From Bacteriovoracaceae bacterium (GTDB lineage: Bacteria; Bdellovibrionota; Bacteriovoracia; Bacteriovoracales; Bacteriovoracaceae), in NCBI GenBank assembly GCA_965206965.1, contig OZ242254.1:1619466-1683465 (forward strand): 64,000 nucleotides of DNA, in the 5' to 3' direction. Position 1 is the stretch's first letter, and every line of letters starts with the position of its first letter. Below the pieces are notes generated by a model. It did not search any database. It worked only from the letters and a program-made list of their open reading frames with translations, and was not told where the DNA came from. The translations under genes were made by a program, and so were the position numbers. Shown here piece by piece: positions 47,440-56,054 of this stretch.

Positions 47440-48819
47440 GTGACTACCCCACAGCAATCGAATCCATTTTCAAATCCGAAAAAGCAAATTCGAGAGCTTC
47501 CTCACGACCTCTTAGCTGAAAAATCTTTGTTAGGATGTCTCATTATTGACGGTCAATCTTTTGCTGAAATTTCAGATTTAAAGATGAAGAGTGAGGATTT
47601 TTTTCATCCACAATATGGAGCCATCTTTGAAGCTATTTCTGACTTAGCTTTAGGCAATCATCCTGTCGATTATGTCACTGTCGCCTCTAAGTTAAATGAG
47701 TTTGGAAAGCTAGAGGAAATTGGAGGTTCCTCCACCATAAGTGAATTGGTTGATGAACAGGCTTCTTCTGCCAATATCTATGCCTACGCTAAAACGGTTA
47801 AGGATAAATCTTCATTACGAGAGATTCTTCGCACATCGATGAGAGTGACGGAGATGGGGATGGGTTTCCAGGGCTCAACAGAGGATTTTATTCAAGAAGT
47901 TGAGGGTGCTTTTTTTAAACTCACTAATGAAGCGAAATCAGGCAAGATGGTCAAGCTCAACTCATGTTTGAAAGAAAATCTTAAAGAATTAGAAGATACA
48001 GAGCGGAGTGCTGGTGAGATACAAGGGCTTTCAACAGGGTATCCCAAACTTGATGAGCTTCTTTTGGGTATGCAGCCGGGTCAATTAGTTGTTTTGGCGG
48101 CACGTCCCGCTATGGGTAAAACAAGTTTAGCTCTCAATATTGCCACTAATGCCTGTGCTCATCATGCTCAACCTGTGGCTATTTTTTCTCTTGAGATGCT
48201 TTCTCAAGAATTGAGTATGCGTTTGCTTTCGAGCAAATCAAAGGTTGATTCTAGACGCCTTCGAACAAAAAATTTTTTAGACACTGATCTTCGTTCGATT
48301 GGTCGAGCTGTGCAAGAGCTTTCCAATTTTCCTATTTTTATTAATGACTCAGGAGATAGTACGCTATTAGATATTCAATCTCAGTGCCGAAAAATTCAAA
48401 CTGAATATGGTTTGGGCTTAATTGTTGTCGACTATCTTCAGTTGATGAACCCTCATAATAAAGTTATTTCCCGCGAGCAACAAATTTCAGAAATTTCTCG
48501 AGGTCTTAAAATTTTGGCTAAAGAGCTTGAATGCCCAGTCATTGCTCTCTCTCAGCTCAATCGAGGGGTTGAAACGAGACCTGAAAAAAGACCTAACACT
48601 GCCGATTTAAGAGAGTCTGGCGCTATCGAGCAGGATGCCGATGTGGTGATGTTTGTCTATCGAGACGAGTACTATGATCCCAATACAAAAGAGCCTGGGG
48701 TAGCCGAGATTATTGTAGCCAAAAATCGAAGTGGTGAGACGGGAACGGCGAAACTTGCTTGGGTGGGAGCCTATACTACTTTTGAAAACTTGGCCTTCGG
48801 AGATGCACCTCGACAATAG
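47440..48819 (+). CDS. dnaB: replicative DNA helicase DnaB
   Basis: Motifs LPHDLLAEKSLLGCLI, Walker A ARPAMGKTSLALN, VVDYLQLM, LSQLNRGVE and RESGAIEQDADVV. Confidence 0.9.
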   Translation: MTTPQQSNPFSNPKKQIRELPHDLLAEKSLLGCLIIDGQSFAEISDLKMKSEDFFHPQYGAIFEAISDLALGNHPVDYVTVASKLNEFGKLEEIGGSSTISELVDEQASSANIYAYAKTVKDKSSLREILRTSMRVTEMGMGFQGSTEDFIQEVEGAFFKLTNEAKSGKMVKLNSCLKENLKELEDTERSAGEIQGLSTGYPKLDELLLGMQPGQLVVLAARPAMGKTSLALNIATNACAHHAQPVAIFSLEMLSQELSMRLLSSKSKVDSRRLRTKNFLDTDLRSIGRAVQELSNFPIFINDSGDSTLLDIQSQCRKIQTEYGLGLIVVDYLQLMNPHNKVISREQQISEISRGLKILAKELECPVIALSQLNRGVETRPEKRPNTADLRESGAIEQDADVVMFVYRDEYYDPNTKEPGVAEIIVAKNRSGETGTAKLAWVGAYTTFENLAFGDAPRQ

Positions 48820-50011
48820 CCTTATTCGCTGTTTATTTCCCTATAAAAAAACTTTCATTGAGTGGTCTCATCCCTGTCTGGCTCGAGCTTTTACTCTTCG
48901 TAGAACGATCGATCTTTTGTCGGGAATAAATACACAGGGAGGAGTTGAACAACTTTATGCTGCTTTAAAAGAAGAAAAATTAAATGCTAAAAGGAAGAAG
49001 CCAAAAGTTTTTCATTTGTTCTATGAATTGGGTTATGTCTTTCAAGAGCTTGAGGAATACCTTAAAGATGATGAAGTTATAGGTATAGAAATTGAGTTTG
49101 CTCATTATAGAAAAATCAAGCTTCCTGAGTTAAAGACAAAAAGGTTTAGTTTAGTTCCTATCGATCAATGGAGCCAAGGTGAGTACAAAAGAAGGTTTGA
49201 ACTTGGAAAATCTTATTTAAAAAACGGTGATTGTTATCAATACAATTTGACATCACCTTTTTGTTTTGAGGTGAAGAATAAGGAATCTCTTGAACTTGAA
49301 GATTTTGCTGACCCATTGTGGAATGGTCTAAGTCCTCCTGGTGCTTATGCTAGTCTGACGGATTTAGGACCATATTCTCCTTGTGGGCGCTTTCTTTTGA
49401 GTAATAGTCCGGAGTGTTTGTTCCAAGTCGGTACGTTGAATGAAGGAGGAAACCGCCTAGAGACAATGCCTATTAAAGGAACTCTCGCACTCAATGAGGA
49501 TTTAGAAAAAGCGTGGGCTCAATTGAGTTCTTCCCTGAAGGATGAGGGAGAGCTCTTTATGATTGTGGATTTGCTTCGAAATGATCTTTCAGCTATTGGT
49601 AAGGATTTTTCTTATATAGTGACAAAAAAGGCTCCTCTCGTTGTTCACGGTCTTCTCCATCAATACGCCAAGGTGGCTTTGGTGACGAAAGAGAGGTTGG
49701 ATCTCTTTTCTGTTATCAAAGCAATGTTTCCTGGGGGATCGATTACGGGTGCTCCGAAGAAGAGAGTGATGCAAATTCTCAAGAGTTTAGAGAATCGCTC
49801 GCGAAGCTTTTATTGTGGTTCTACCGTTTTACTGCACAAAGATTTGCAAGCTGCTTCTCTTAATATTCGCTCTGCTGTTTATCAGGAGTCAAAGTTGGTT
49901 TATCAAGCTGGGGGAGGGATCACGTTGCTTAGTGATGTAGACTCAGAGTATCGAGAAATGCAGCTCAAAATGAAATCATTTGTTGAACTCCTATGCAATA
50001 GCCTCATATAG
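48803..50011 (+). CDS. chorismate-binding enzyme, aminodeoxychorismate/anthranilate synthase component I family (short form)
   Basis: Motifs YQYNLT, VDLLRNDL, PGGSITGAPKKRVMQIL and GGGI. The ATG at 48803 overlaps the dnaB 3' end by 17 nt. The track start at 48731 would lie 89 nt inside dnaB. Confidence 0.75.
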   Translation: MHLDNSLIRCLFPYKKTFIEWSHPCLARAFTLRRTIDLLSGINTQGGVEQLYAALKEEKLNAKRKKPKVFHLFYELGYVFQELEEYLKDDEVIGIEIEFAHYRKIKLPELKTKRFSLVPIDQWSQGEYKRRFELGKSYLKNGDCYQYNLTSPFCFEVKNKESLELEDFADPLWNGLSPPGAYASLTDLGPYSPCGRFLLSNSPECLFQVGTLNEGGNRLETMPIKGTLALNEDLEKAWAQLSSSLKDEGELFMIVDLLRNDLSAIGKDFSYIVTKKAPLVVHGLLHQYAKVALVTKERLDLFSVIKAMFPGGSITGAPKKRVMQILKSLENRSRSFYCGSTVLLHKDLQAASLNIRSAVYQESKLVYQAGGGITLLSDVDSEYREMQLKMKSFVELLCNSLI

Positions 50012-50098
50012 AGTCTATTGCTTGATTTTTTACTAACAATTTCAGGTGTTTACTTATCTAAAAAAAACTTACAATGCTCTGTTTCAGGAGGTGCTTTG

Positions 50099-50128
50099 TT
50101 GACATGGGAAAAATGGGCTAGATATGAT
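50099..50128 (+). promoter_or_regulatory. near-consensus sigma-70 promoter for the small ORF at 50229
   Basis: TTGACA (50099-50104), an 18-nt spacer, then TATGAT (50123-50128). Confidence 0.5.
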
Positions 50129-50228
50129 TTTTGAGTCACGTAAGGAAATGTGATCCTTGGCAAGGAATAGTTTTTGACCAGAGCGTGGGTTTAAAGGCTA
50201 GCCAAAGTAGGACAAAGGAGCGTTTAGG

Positions 50229-50477
50229 ATGGCAAATAGCGCAGAAGTAGCCTCAGGATGGGGCGAAGATGAGGTCCGAGAAACTGCAACTCTAGAAAAG
50301 GAGATTACGGAGGATCAAAAGGTTCCTGTGGCATCTCTAAGTGAAATGACGGGCTTTCCAGTTGACTTCATTAAGACAGAGCTTCTTTTAGAGGGAAATG
50401 AACTCTCTATGTCTGAGCTTAGACAGAGAATGGTTAACTATATAGAAAAGACCAAAAAGATTTTATTGGAAGACTAG
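50229..50477 (+). CDS. hypothetical small acidic protein (82 aa)
   Basis: AAGGAG lies 8 nt upstream of the ATG. The gene has its own promoter and an intrinsic terminator. No family recognised. Confidence 0.6.
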   Translation: MANSAEVASGWGEDEVRETATLEKEITEDQKVPVASLSEMTGFPVDFIKTELLLEGNELSMSELRQRMVNYIEKTKKILLED

Positions 50478-50532
50478 ACATTTCTATTGGTGCTCAATTG
50501 CCAGGATAGGCTACTGAGTAACATATGAAAAG

Positions 50533-50568
50533 GCCCTGAAATTTTTTTCTCAGGGCTTTTTCTTTTTG
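50533..50568 (+). terminator. rho-independent terminator
   Basis: GCCCTGA (50533-50539), a 10-nt loop and TCAGGGC (50550-50556), followed by TTTTTCTTTTT. Confidence 0.75.
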
Positions 50569-50765
50569 GAGTTATCTCTTGATTTGCCAATGCAGCTCTA
50601 CTGAGTTGGCAAAAAGCTTATCAATGGTGAGGCTTTAACGCCGAATAACTTTGATTACCTAAGGCTTCTATTGGTGAATGGATTTTTTTGCCGGATTACC
50701 AGACTAAATTTATTCGTCTCTCTTTGAAAATCACCAAAATACAAAAGCTTATTTCATTTTTTCCT

Positions 50766-50792
50766 TAAGGCGTGGAGTTAAATAGCCGATTG
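50766..50792 (+). promoter_or_regulatory. candidate sigma-28 (FliA-type) promoter upstream of motA
   Basis: TAAG-N15-GCCGATTG against the consensus TAAA-N15-GCCGATAA. It lies 65 nt upstream of the motA ATG. Confidence 0.35.
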
Positions 50793-50856
50793 TAGGAGTG
50801 AACGGAGAGACGGACAAGGATAAGTTCTTGGCTGTTCCAAGGGCAGGGAGGAGTGT

Positions 50857-51627
50857 ATGGATATTGCCACGCTGGTTGGCTTAGTCCTCTGTATCGGTGC
50901 TGTGATAGGTTCAATTTTAGCTGGTGGTGATATCATGGCTTTTATTGATATCCCTTCAGTCATTGTTGTGGGTGTTGGTGTCGTTGGTGTGACTTTTACT
51001 AAATGGCCGATTGAAGTGGTGATGAAAGTGGCCAATATGGGAATGAAGGCCATATTTTTCACCCCTACAGATCCTAAAGAAACTATAGAGGAAATTGGAA
51101 AATTAGCTGAGACAGCGAGGCGAGAGTCAGTCTTTGCCCTTGAAAAACAACCGATTGATGATCCCTTTATGAAGAAGGCCATGACCCTAGCTGCTGATAA
51201 CCGACCTCCAGAGGTTATTAGCTCTATTCTTCAACTTGAAATTGATGCTATGGAAGAGCGGCACAAAGTTGGTGTTGATGTTTTTCAAGGGATGGCCGAC
51301 GATGGTCCTGCTTTTGGAATGATTGGGACCCTGATCGGTTTGGTGATCATGCTTGGGAACCTCTCTGATCAAGCAGCTATTGGTCCGGCGATGGCGGTGG
51401 CTCTTTTGACGACTTTTTATGGTGCTTGTCTCGCTAATATTTTCTGTAACCCCATTAAAAATAAGCTGTCTTTTCGATCTAAAGCAGAGATCACTAAAAT
51501 GTCTATTGTGGTCGCTGGAACATTAGGGATTGTTGCTGGAGAGAATCCACGTCTTATTAAAGAGAAACTCAATTCATTTTTGGCTTCTGCTGATCGCGAT
51601 TCTGATAGCGGTGGCGGAGAGGAGTAA
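50857..51627 (+). CDS. motA: flagellar stator protein MotA/PomA
   Basis: MotA/TolQ/ExbB channel motif GPAFGMIGTLIGLV...AVALLTTFYG, four TM segments and 256 aa. It is followed by motB. Confidence 0.8.
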   Translation: MDIATLVGLVLCIGAVIGSILAGGDIMAFIDIPSVIVVGVGVVGVTFTKWPIEVVMKVANMGMKAIFFTPTDPKETIEEIGKLAETARRESVFALEKQPIDDPFMKKAMTLAADNRPPEVISSILQLEIDAMEERHKVGVDVFQGMADDGPAFGMIGTLIGLVIMLGNLSDQAAIGPAMAVALLTTFYGACLANIFCNPIKNKLSFRSKAEITKMSIVVAGTLGIVAGENPRLIKEKLNSFLASADRDSDSGGGEE

Positions 51628-51633
51628 AGGGCC

Positions 51634-52494
51634 ATGGCCGAAGATGCCAAAGAAGGAGAGGGTGGTACCGTATCAGGGCAGCAGGATGGTGCACCAGTAA
51701 AATGCCCTGAATGTACTCCTGGTCTTCCCGGTTGGATGGCGACTTTTTCCGACTTGGTGACTCTCTTACTTACCTTTTTTGTTCTCTTATTATCTTTTGC
51801 TAAGACGGAGTCAGCGAAGTATGAAGCAGCTTTAGGTTCTATTCGCAATGCTTTCGGTGGGAATGTACTTCGGCAAGGTGAAGTGATTCAGAGAGGGAAG
51901 TCTCCAGATGATAGTCCAACTATGCTTGAGTCTCAAGAACCGATTCGTCCTTTTCCTATTGATTTTTTAACGATGGAAGGGATTTTAGATAAACATGAAA
52001 TCAATAGAGAGTCGGATGAGGATTTGAATGTAATGAAGGATGATCTGGCTGAGTTTAATCTTGCCGATAACGCTAACATTTATGAAATGCCAGAAGGGAT
52101 TCGGGTTCAAATTAAGGATAAAATTTATTTTGAAGAAGGGAGTATAGCCCCTTCAAAAATTGTTATTGAAGTTTACGATCGATTGGTGAAAATGCTTTCG
52201 AGCAAGGGATGGACTGTCTATGTTATGGGTTACGCTTCACCTGGTGAAGTAAGTGCTGATGGCCAAAAAGATGCTTTTGCTTTATCTGCTGCGAGAGCGG
52301 CGGCGGTAGCCCGGAGTTTGGTAAAGAGAGGAGTTTCACCTGAAAAGATTACGACAAGCTTTTATGGAGATGCTAGAGCTAGCGATCTTAGAGGAGAGCT
52401 GCGCCAAGATGATCTCTCTCTTCATCGTCGGGTGGAGTTCATGATTCGCAAAATTGATATATCGAAGGGGGGTCATAAAGTTGATTCCCGTTAA
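51634..52494 (+). CDS. motB: flagellar stator protein MotB (OmpA-like peptidoglycan-binding C-terminus)
   Basis: WMATFSDLVTLLLTFFVLLLS contains the conserved proton-path Asp. The C-terminus is OmpA-like (LSAARAAAVARSLVKRGV...RRVEF). Confidence 0.8.
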   Translation: MAEDAKEGEGGTVSGQQDGAPVKCPECTPGLPGWMATFSDLVTLLLTFFVLLLSFAKTESAKYEAALGSIRNAFGGNVLRQGEVIQRGKSPDDSPTMLESQEPIRPFPIDFLTMEGILDKHEINRESDEDLNVMKDDLAEFNLADNANIYEMPEGIRVQIKDKIYFEEGSIAPSKIVIEVYDRLVKMLSSKGWTVYVMGYASPGEVSADGQKDAFALSAARAAAVARSLVKRGVSPEKITTSFYGDARASDLRGELRQDDLSLHRRVEFMIRKIDISKGGHKVDSR

Positions 52495-52503
52495 AATAGC
52501 TAA

Positions 52504-53373
52504 ATGAAAACGCAATTTTGTTCTTTGGAAGAGAAAGCTTCTTTTCGTGAATATCTTATTGATAATTTTGATGTTTCAAAATCACAGTTAAAAAAATGGG
52601 GATTGTCGAAGGTTTATTTGGCAAAAGAAGTACGTCTAAAGGATCAATGGGAAGTCCCAATCGAGGTAACTAATAGAGGCATCATTTCCCCTTCCTACTC
52701 GGGCACTCCTATTACTATTTTAGAGGACTGTGAGGCTTTTTTAGCTGTTTCAAAACCTTTTAATATTCACTGTCACCCTTTGAGGTATGAAGATTCTAAT
52801 AATATCTTGAGTTGGTGTCGAGCCAATAATTATTGGGAGCCATTGAGGATTAATCAACAGCACTACGATCGTGGTTTAGCCTATCGGTTAGATTATGAAA
52901 CTTCTGGTGTTTTAATTTTGCTAAAGAACGAACTGCTACGCACTTGGATAAGGGAAAATTACAGTAATGTGAGCAAACGAAAAGTTTATTTAGCTATTGT
53001 AAAAGGTGAAATTAAGGATGGCTATTTAGTGCATCAATTGAGTTCTTCTGGAAAGAAGATAAAGGAAGAGAAGTCTGGTCAAAGGGCACAGATTAGTATT
53101 AAGAAGCTTTTATCGGAAAACTCTTACTCTCTTATCGAGATTACTTTATTTGAAGGATTGCGCCACCAAATACGGGCCCAACTTTCTTTAGCTGGCTGTC
53201 CAATAGTAGGTGATCGTTTGTACGGAGGAGAATCAGCTTCAAGATTATTTCTTCACGCTTATTGCTACCAAATTGAGACTCCGAAGGGAAATATCGAAAT
53301 AAAAGATAAGAGTTTAGCCCTATTTCATTCGCTCTTGGACTTGAACTGTGGTTTGAAGATGTTGGGCAATTAA
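52504..53373 (+). CDS. RluA-family pseudouridine synthase
   Basis: Catalytic motif YRLDYETSGVLIL (a variant of HRLDxxTSG), GLRHQIRAQLSLAGCPIVGDRLYGG and LFLHA. Confidence 0.8.
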   Translation: MKTQFCSLEEKASFREYLIDNFDVSKSQLKKWGLSKVYLAKEVRLKDQWEVPIEVTNRGIISPSYSGTPITILEDCEAFLAVSKPFNIHCHPLRYEDSNNILSWCRANNYWEPLRINQQHYDRGLAYRLDYETSGVLILLKNELLRTWIRENYSNVSKRKVYLAIVKGEIKDGYLVHQLSSSGKKIKEEKSGQRAQISIKKLLSENSYSLIEITLFEGLRHQIRAQLSLAGCPIVGDRLYGGESASRLFLHAYCYQIETPKGNIEIKDKSLALFHSLLDLNCGLKMLGN

Positions 53374-53865
53374 ACGTTTATCTTTGAGAGTGGCTAATTT
53401 CACAATAAAGCGCCCTTCTGATATCGCGTTGATTTCTATTTGAGGGTGAATAATTTTAAGGCGGACAATATCAGTTCGCTCTAAGTTGTCATCAGGGCTG
53501 TTTTTGGCGATGTGGATAAGGTTGTTAGCCATTTCTCTATAGAGGTAGGCTTTTAGATCATTTTTTTCCTTGAATTTTTTTTTGAGAGAAAGCTTGATCA
53601 AGATAGCCAAATTGTTAAAACTTTGGCCTTCACAATGGGTTTTCCAGTTTTCTGGGATCCTTCTATCGAGTTTAACTTGGACGGCTTTACAGCTACTTGG
53701 AGTGAGTTTGGCCCTTCTCGATTCAAAGAAGCCTTTTTTATTAAGTTGAAATAACAAGATCACCATCATTAAGATGCCAATAGCCAAGAGGGGGTTTTTC
53801 ATCAATGAATTCAAGCGCATAAGCTTATTATGAACTTTTCTTATTGAAAAAGCATTAAAGTTCAT
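53320..53865 (-). CDS. hypothetical membrane-anchored protein (up to 181 aa)
   Basis: Single TM segment NPLLAIGILMMVILLF. An alternative start at 53802 gives MKNPLL. The 3' end overlaps the convergent rluA-like gene by 54 nt. Confidence 0.45.
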   Translation of the reverse strand: MNFNAFSIRKVHNKLMRLNSLMKNPLLAIGILMMVILLFQLNKKGFFESRRAKLTPSSCKAVQVKLDRRIPENWKTHCEGQSFNNLAILIKLSLKKKFKEKNDLKAYLYREMANNLIHIAKNSPDDNLERTDIVRLKIIHPQIEINAISEGRFIVKLATLKDKRLIAQHLQTTVQVQERMK

Positions 53866-53954
53866 CGGATTAATACCCGATCAGAAAGCTATGAATTATG
53901 AGAGGGAGTTTATCTCGCTTCCTGTTTAAGATGATTGTCTGAGGACTTTAAAAA

Positions 53955-54953
53955 ATGGGCTCAAAAGCTTCTATTCGATCTAAAGATTTCTGGCGAGTTC
54001 TCAAATATATAGAATCGATGGAAGAATCCCAGTTCCTCGATGAGTTGAAGGGGAATTACCAAACTCTCTATAGGGTAGAAATTGACGAAAAGACTTTGGA
54101 GGAAGCGGTTAATTTTTTAAAGAAATTAAGTTATCCCGTTGTTTTGAGCTCCAGTAAGCTTGGAACAAAGCTGTCTTTTACAGGTAAAAAACCTATTTTT
54201 AAGTTCGAAATGAGCTTTGCCGAGTGGATTTCGTTTCAAGCTCACTTTCCTCTTTTAAAGGAATATCAAGATCAAGTTTTTCATGAATGCTTGGCGGTAA
54301 AGCTTCAAGAAGTTGAAAAGAGCTATTCAAAATTTAATTTAAAAAATTATTTGATAGAGGAGAGTAAGCGAAGGAAAGTTAGTCGAATATTTTCAGAGAG
54401 AGGGCCTTCCGTTGTAAAAGCTGTAGAGAGAGCCATAGAAATTGGAGGAACAGTATTGTTAGGCTTTGATGATGGTAAAATGTATGAAGTTTTTTCTCAT
54501 CGTCTTCTCATCCTCGACGGACGTTTAAATATAATTGGAGAGGATGTTATCGATCGTTGCTTAGTTTCCTTCTACGTAGAAAATATTACCCAGTGTGACC
54601 TTTGTCCTCAGCAAGAATATAAAGCTAATTTTTCTCAAGTTGAAATTGAAGATTTTATTTATGCCATGCGATCAGTTGATGGAAGTGAAGAGAGGTTAGT
54701 TTTAAAAATAGCCAATCCAGAAAATGTCAATTTACGGCCCCCTTATCATTTTTTAGGTAATCCCTATATGACAACTAATATGGATGGAGAACTTATATGG
54801 GCTGCCTCTGTTGAAGTGAGCAAAGAGCTTTTTCGCTGGCTTGATAAGATTCAGGATGATGTAGAAATTGTTGATCCCCAGGAAGTCAGATTAAAGTTTG
54901 AAGAGCATTTAAAAAACAAAAAAACACGAAATTTATTGAAAAAATCTTCTTAG
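53955..54953 (+). CDS. hypothetical protein with WYL-like and WCX-like C-terminal regions (possible ligand-sensing regulator)
   Basis: The central segment MYEVFSHRLLILDGRLNIIGEDVIDRCLVSFYVENI follows the WYL-domain pattern (V.P..L....g..YL.a.......R.FrldRI) with the WYL triad degenerate. The C-terminus ELFRWLDKIQDDVEIVDPQEVRLKFEEHL resembles a WCX domain. This is my pattern match only. Confidence 0.45.
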   Translation: MGSKASIRSKDFWRVLKYIESMEESQFLDELKGNYQTLYRVEIDEKTLEEAVNFLKKLSYPVVLSSSKLGTKLSFTGKKPIFKFEMSFAEWISFQAHFPLLKEYQDQVFHECLAVKLQEVEKSYSKFNLKNYLIEESKRRKVSRIFSERGPSVVKAVERAIEIGGTVLLGFDDGKMYEVFSHRLLILDGRLNIIGEDVIDRCLVSFYVENITQCDLCPQQEYKANFSQVEIEDFIYAMRSVDGSEERLVLKIANPENVNLRPPYHFLGNPYMTTNMDGELIWAASVEVSKELFRWLDKIQDDVEIVDPQEVRLKFEEHLKNKKTRNLLKKSS

Positions 54954-54971
54954 TTTTTTATAAGCAATGAG

Positions 54972-55565
54972 ATGGTATTCAAGTCTTCGAAAATTTTTTT
55001 CCTTGTCAGTTTTTTACCTGCACTTGCTTACTGGTATCTTGAAGAGAATTATCCAATTCAAATTGCCGTTACGGGAGGAATAGCTTTAGCTATTTTTGAA
55101 ATTCTATTTGAACGTTTTTACACAAAACATATTCATACTCTTTCAAAGTTTAATTTTTTTCTGATTTCTTTTCTTGGAGGATTAAGTCTTATTGGGAACG
55201 AGGGCATTTGGTTTAAATTACAGCCAGGTTTGACTGGTGTAGGTATTGGAGCTTTTTTATTTTATCGACTTTTTACAAGTGAAGGTTTGATGAATGAGAT
55301 TATTCAGTCTATTCACAAAAATCCTCCGCCAGAATTTATTATTAAAAGATTAGAAAAGCATTCGGCAACTCTTTTTACCTTTTATGGCTTTTTTATGATC
55401 TATGTGGCTTTTTCTTTAAGTACTGATCAATGGCTATTTTTTAAAACTTTGGGTTTTTATATTGCTTTTGGTTTTTTTATGATTTTTGAATTTTGTTGGA
55501 TTCGAATATCAATGAAAGAGTGGGTTGAAAATCAAAGGAAATGGGACACTATCAAAAGGTGGTGA
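54972..55565 (+). CDS. polytopic inner-membrane protein, YciB/IspZ-like (tentative)
   Basis: Five hydrophobic helices, ~197 aa, with an N-terminal layout resembling septation protein A. Weak assignment. Confidence 0.4.
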   Translation: MVFKSSKIFFLVSFLPALAYWYLEENYPIQIAVTGGIALAIFEILFERFYTKHIHTLSKFNFFLISFLGGLSLIGNEGIWFKLQPGLTGVGIGAFLFYRLFTSEGLMNEIIQSIHKNPPPEFIIKRLEKHSATLFTFYGFFMIYVAFSLSTDQWLFFKTLGFYIAFGFFMIFEFCWIRISMKEWVENQRKWDTIKRW

Positions 55566-55590
55566 TAAGTGCCCATTTCTTTGTTGATTA

Positions 55591-55902
55591 TTAAAGTGAG
55601 GCTAAAAGAATTTCTCTAATTCGGGTCGGTTTTTTCAAGATTTCGCAGTTATGACTCAATTTCACAGTATAAATGATTTCGTCAGCATCATTAGCACTGG
55701 CCAATTGAACTTCCCATATCTGTCCATCTTCTACAGTATTGATGAGTTGAATACTAACGGGCTCGCTAAGTCCAAATGGGTCATGCTTTGCCGTTTCAGC
55801 TTCGATGGTAGCTCTTAGGGCCTTTGTTAGACATTTCGTTCTTTCACTAGAGAATGAGCTAACTGAAGCCAAAATTAAAAAGAGAGAAACTATTTTTTTC
55901 AT
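55591..55902 (-). CDS. hypothetical small exported protein (103 aa)
   Basis: Signal peptide MKKIVSLFLILASVSSFS and two Cys residues. No family recognised. Confidence 0.5.
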   Translation of the reverse strand: MKKIVSLFLILASVSSFSSERTKCLTKALRATIEAETAKHDPFGLSEPVSIQLINTVEDGQIWEVQLASANDADEIIYTVKLSHNCEILKKPTRIREILLASL

Positions 55903-56054
55903 TTTGATCTCCTGAATTGTGAGGTTTTTAGCCTTTATACCAAAGGTTGGGAGTTTTTTGACGCATAGTGTAAATGTTTTAGGCTTTGGCGATTAGGGAT
56001 AGGGTGAAAAAAGCTAGTGGTTCTTTAGTTCTCATCTCTTTGGTTTTGGGCTTT

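Noticed and set aside
48731-48802. 5' extension of the PabB-like ORF, reaching 89 nt into dnaB.
   Set aside because: The extension, MVRRERRNLLGWEPILLLKTWPSE, overlaps the conserved dnaB C-terminus in another frame. The ATG at 48803 gives a more usual short overlap.
50640-50648. A second sigma-28-like -10 element (GCCGAATAA) upstream of motA.
   Set aside because: It has one extra base relative to GCCGATAA, and no TAAA-type -35 element lies at the required 15-nt distance.
50857-52494. MotA/MotB pair as a Zorya-type (ZorAB) defence module.
   Set aside because: The MotA homologue is stator-sized (256 aa) and lacks the long C-terminal tail of ZorA. No ZorC/D/E-like genes follow. A sigma-28-like box fits an ordinary flagellar stator.
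53320-53373. 54-nt convergent overlap between the RluA-family gene and the 181-aa minus-strand ORF, as a possible antisense regulatory arrangement.
   Set aside because: Coding of the 181-aa ORF is itself weakly supported. The overlap may simply reflect late stop codons in AT-rich DNA, and there is nothing further to test from sequence alone.
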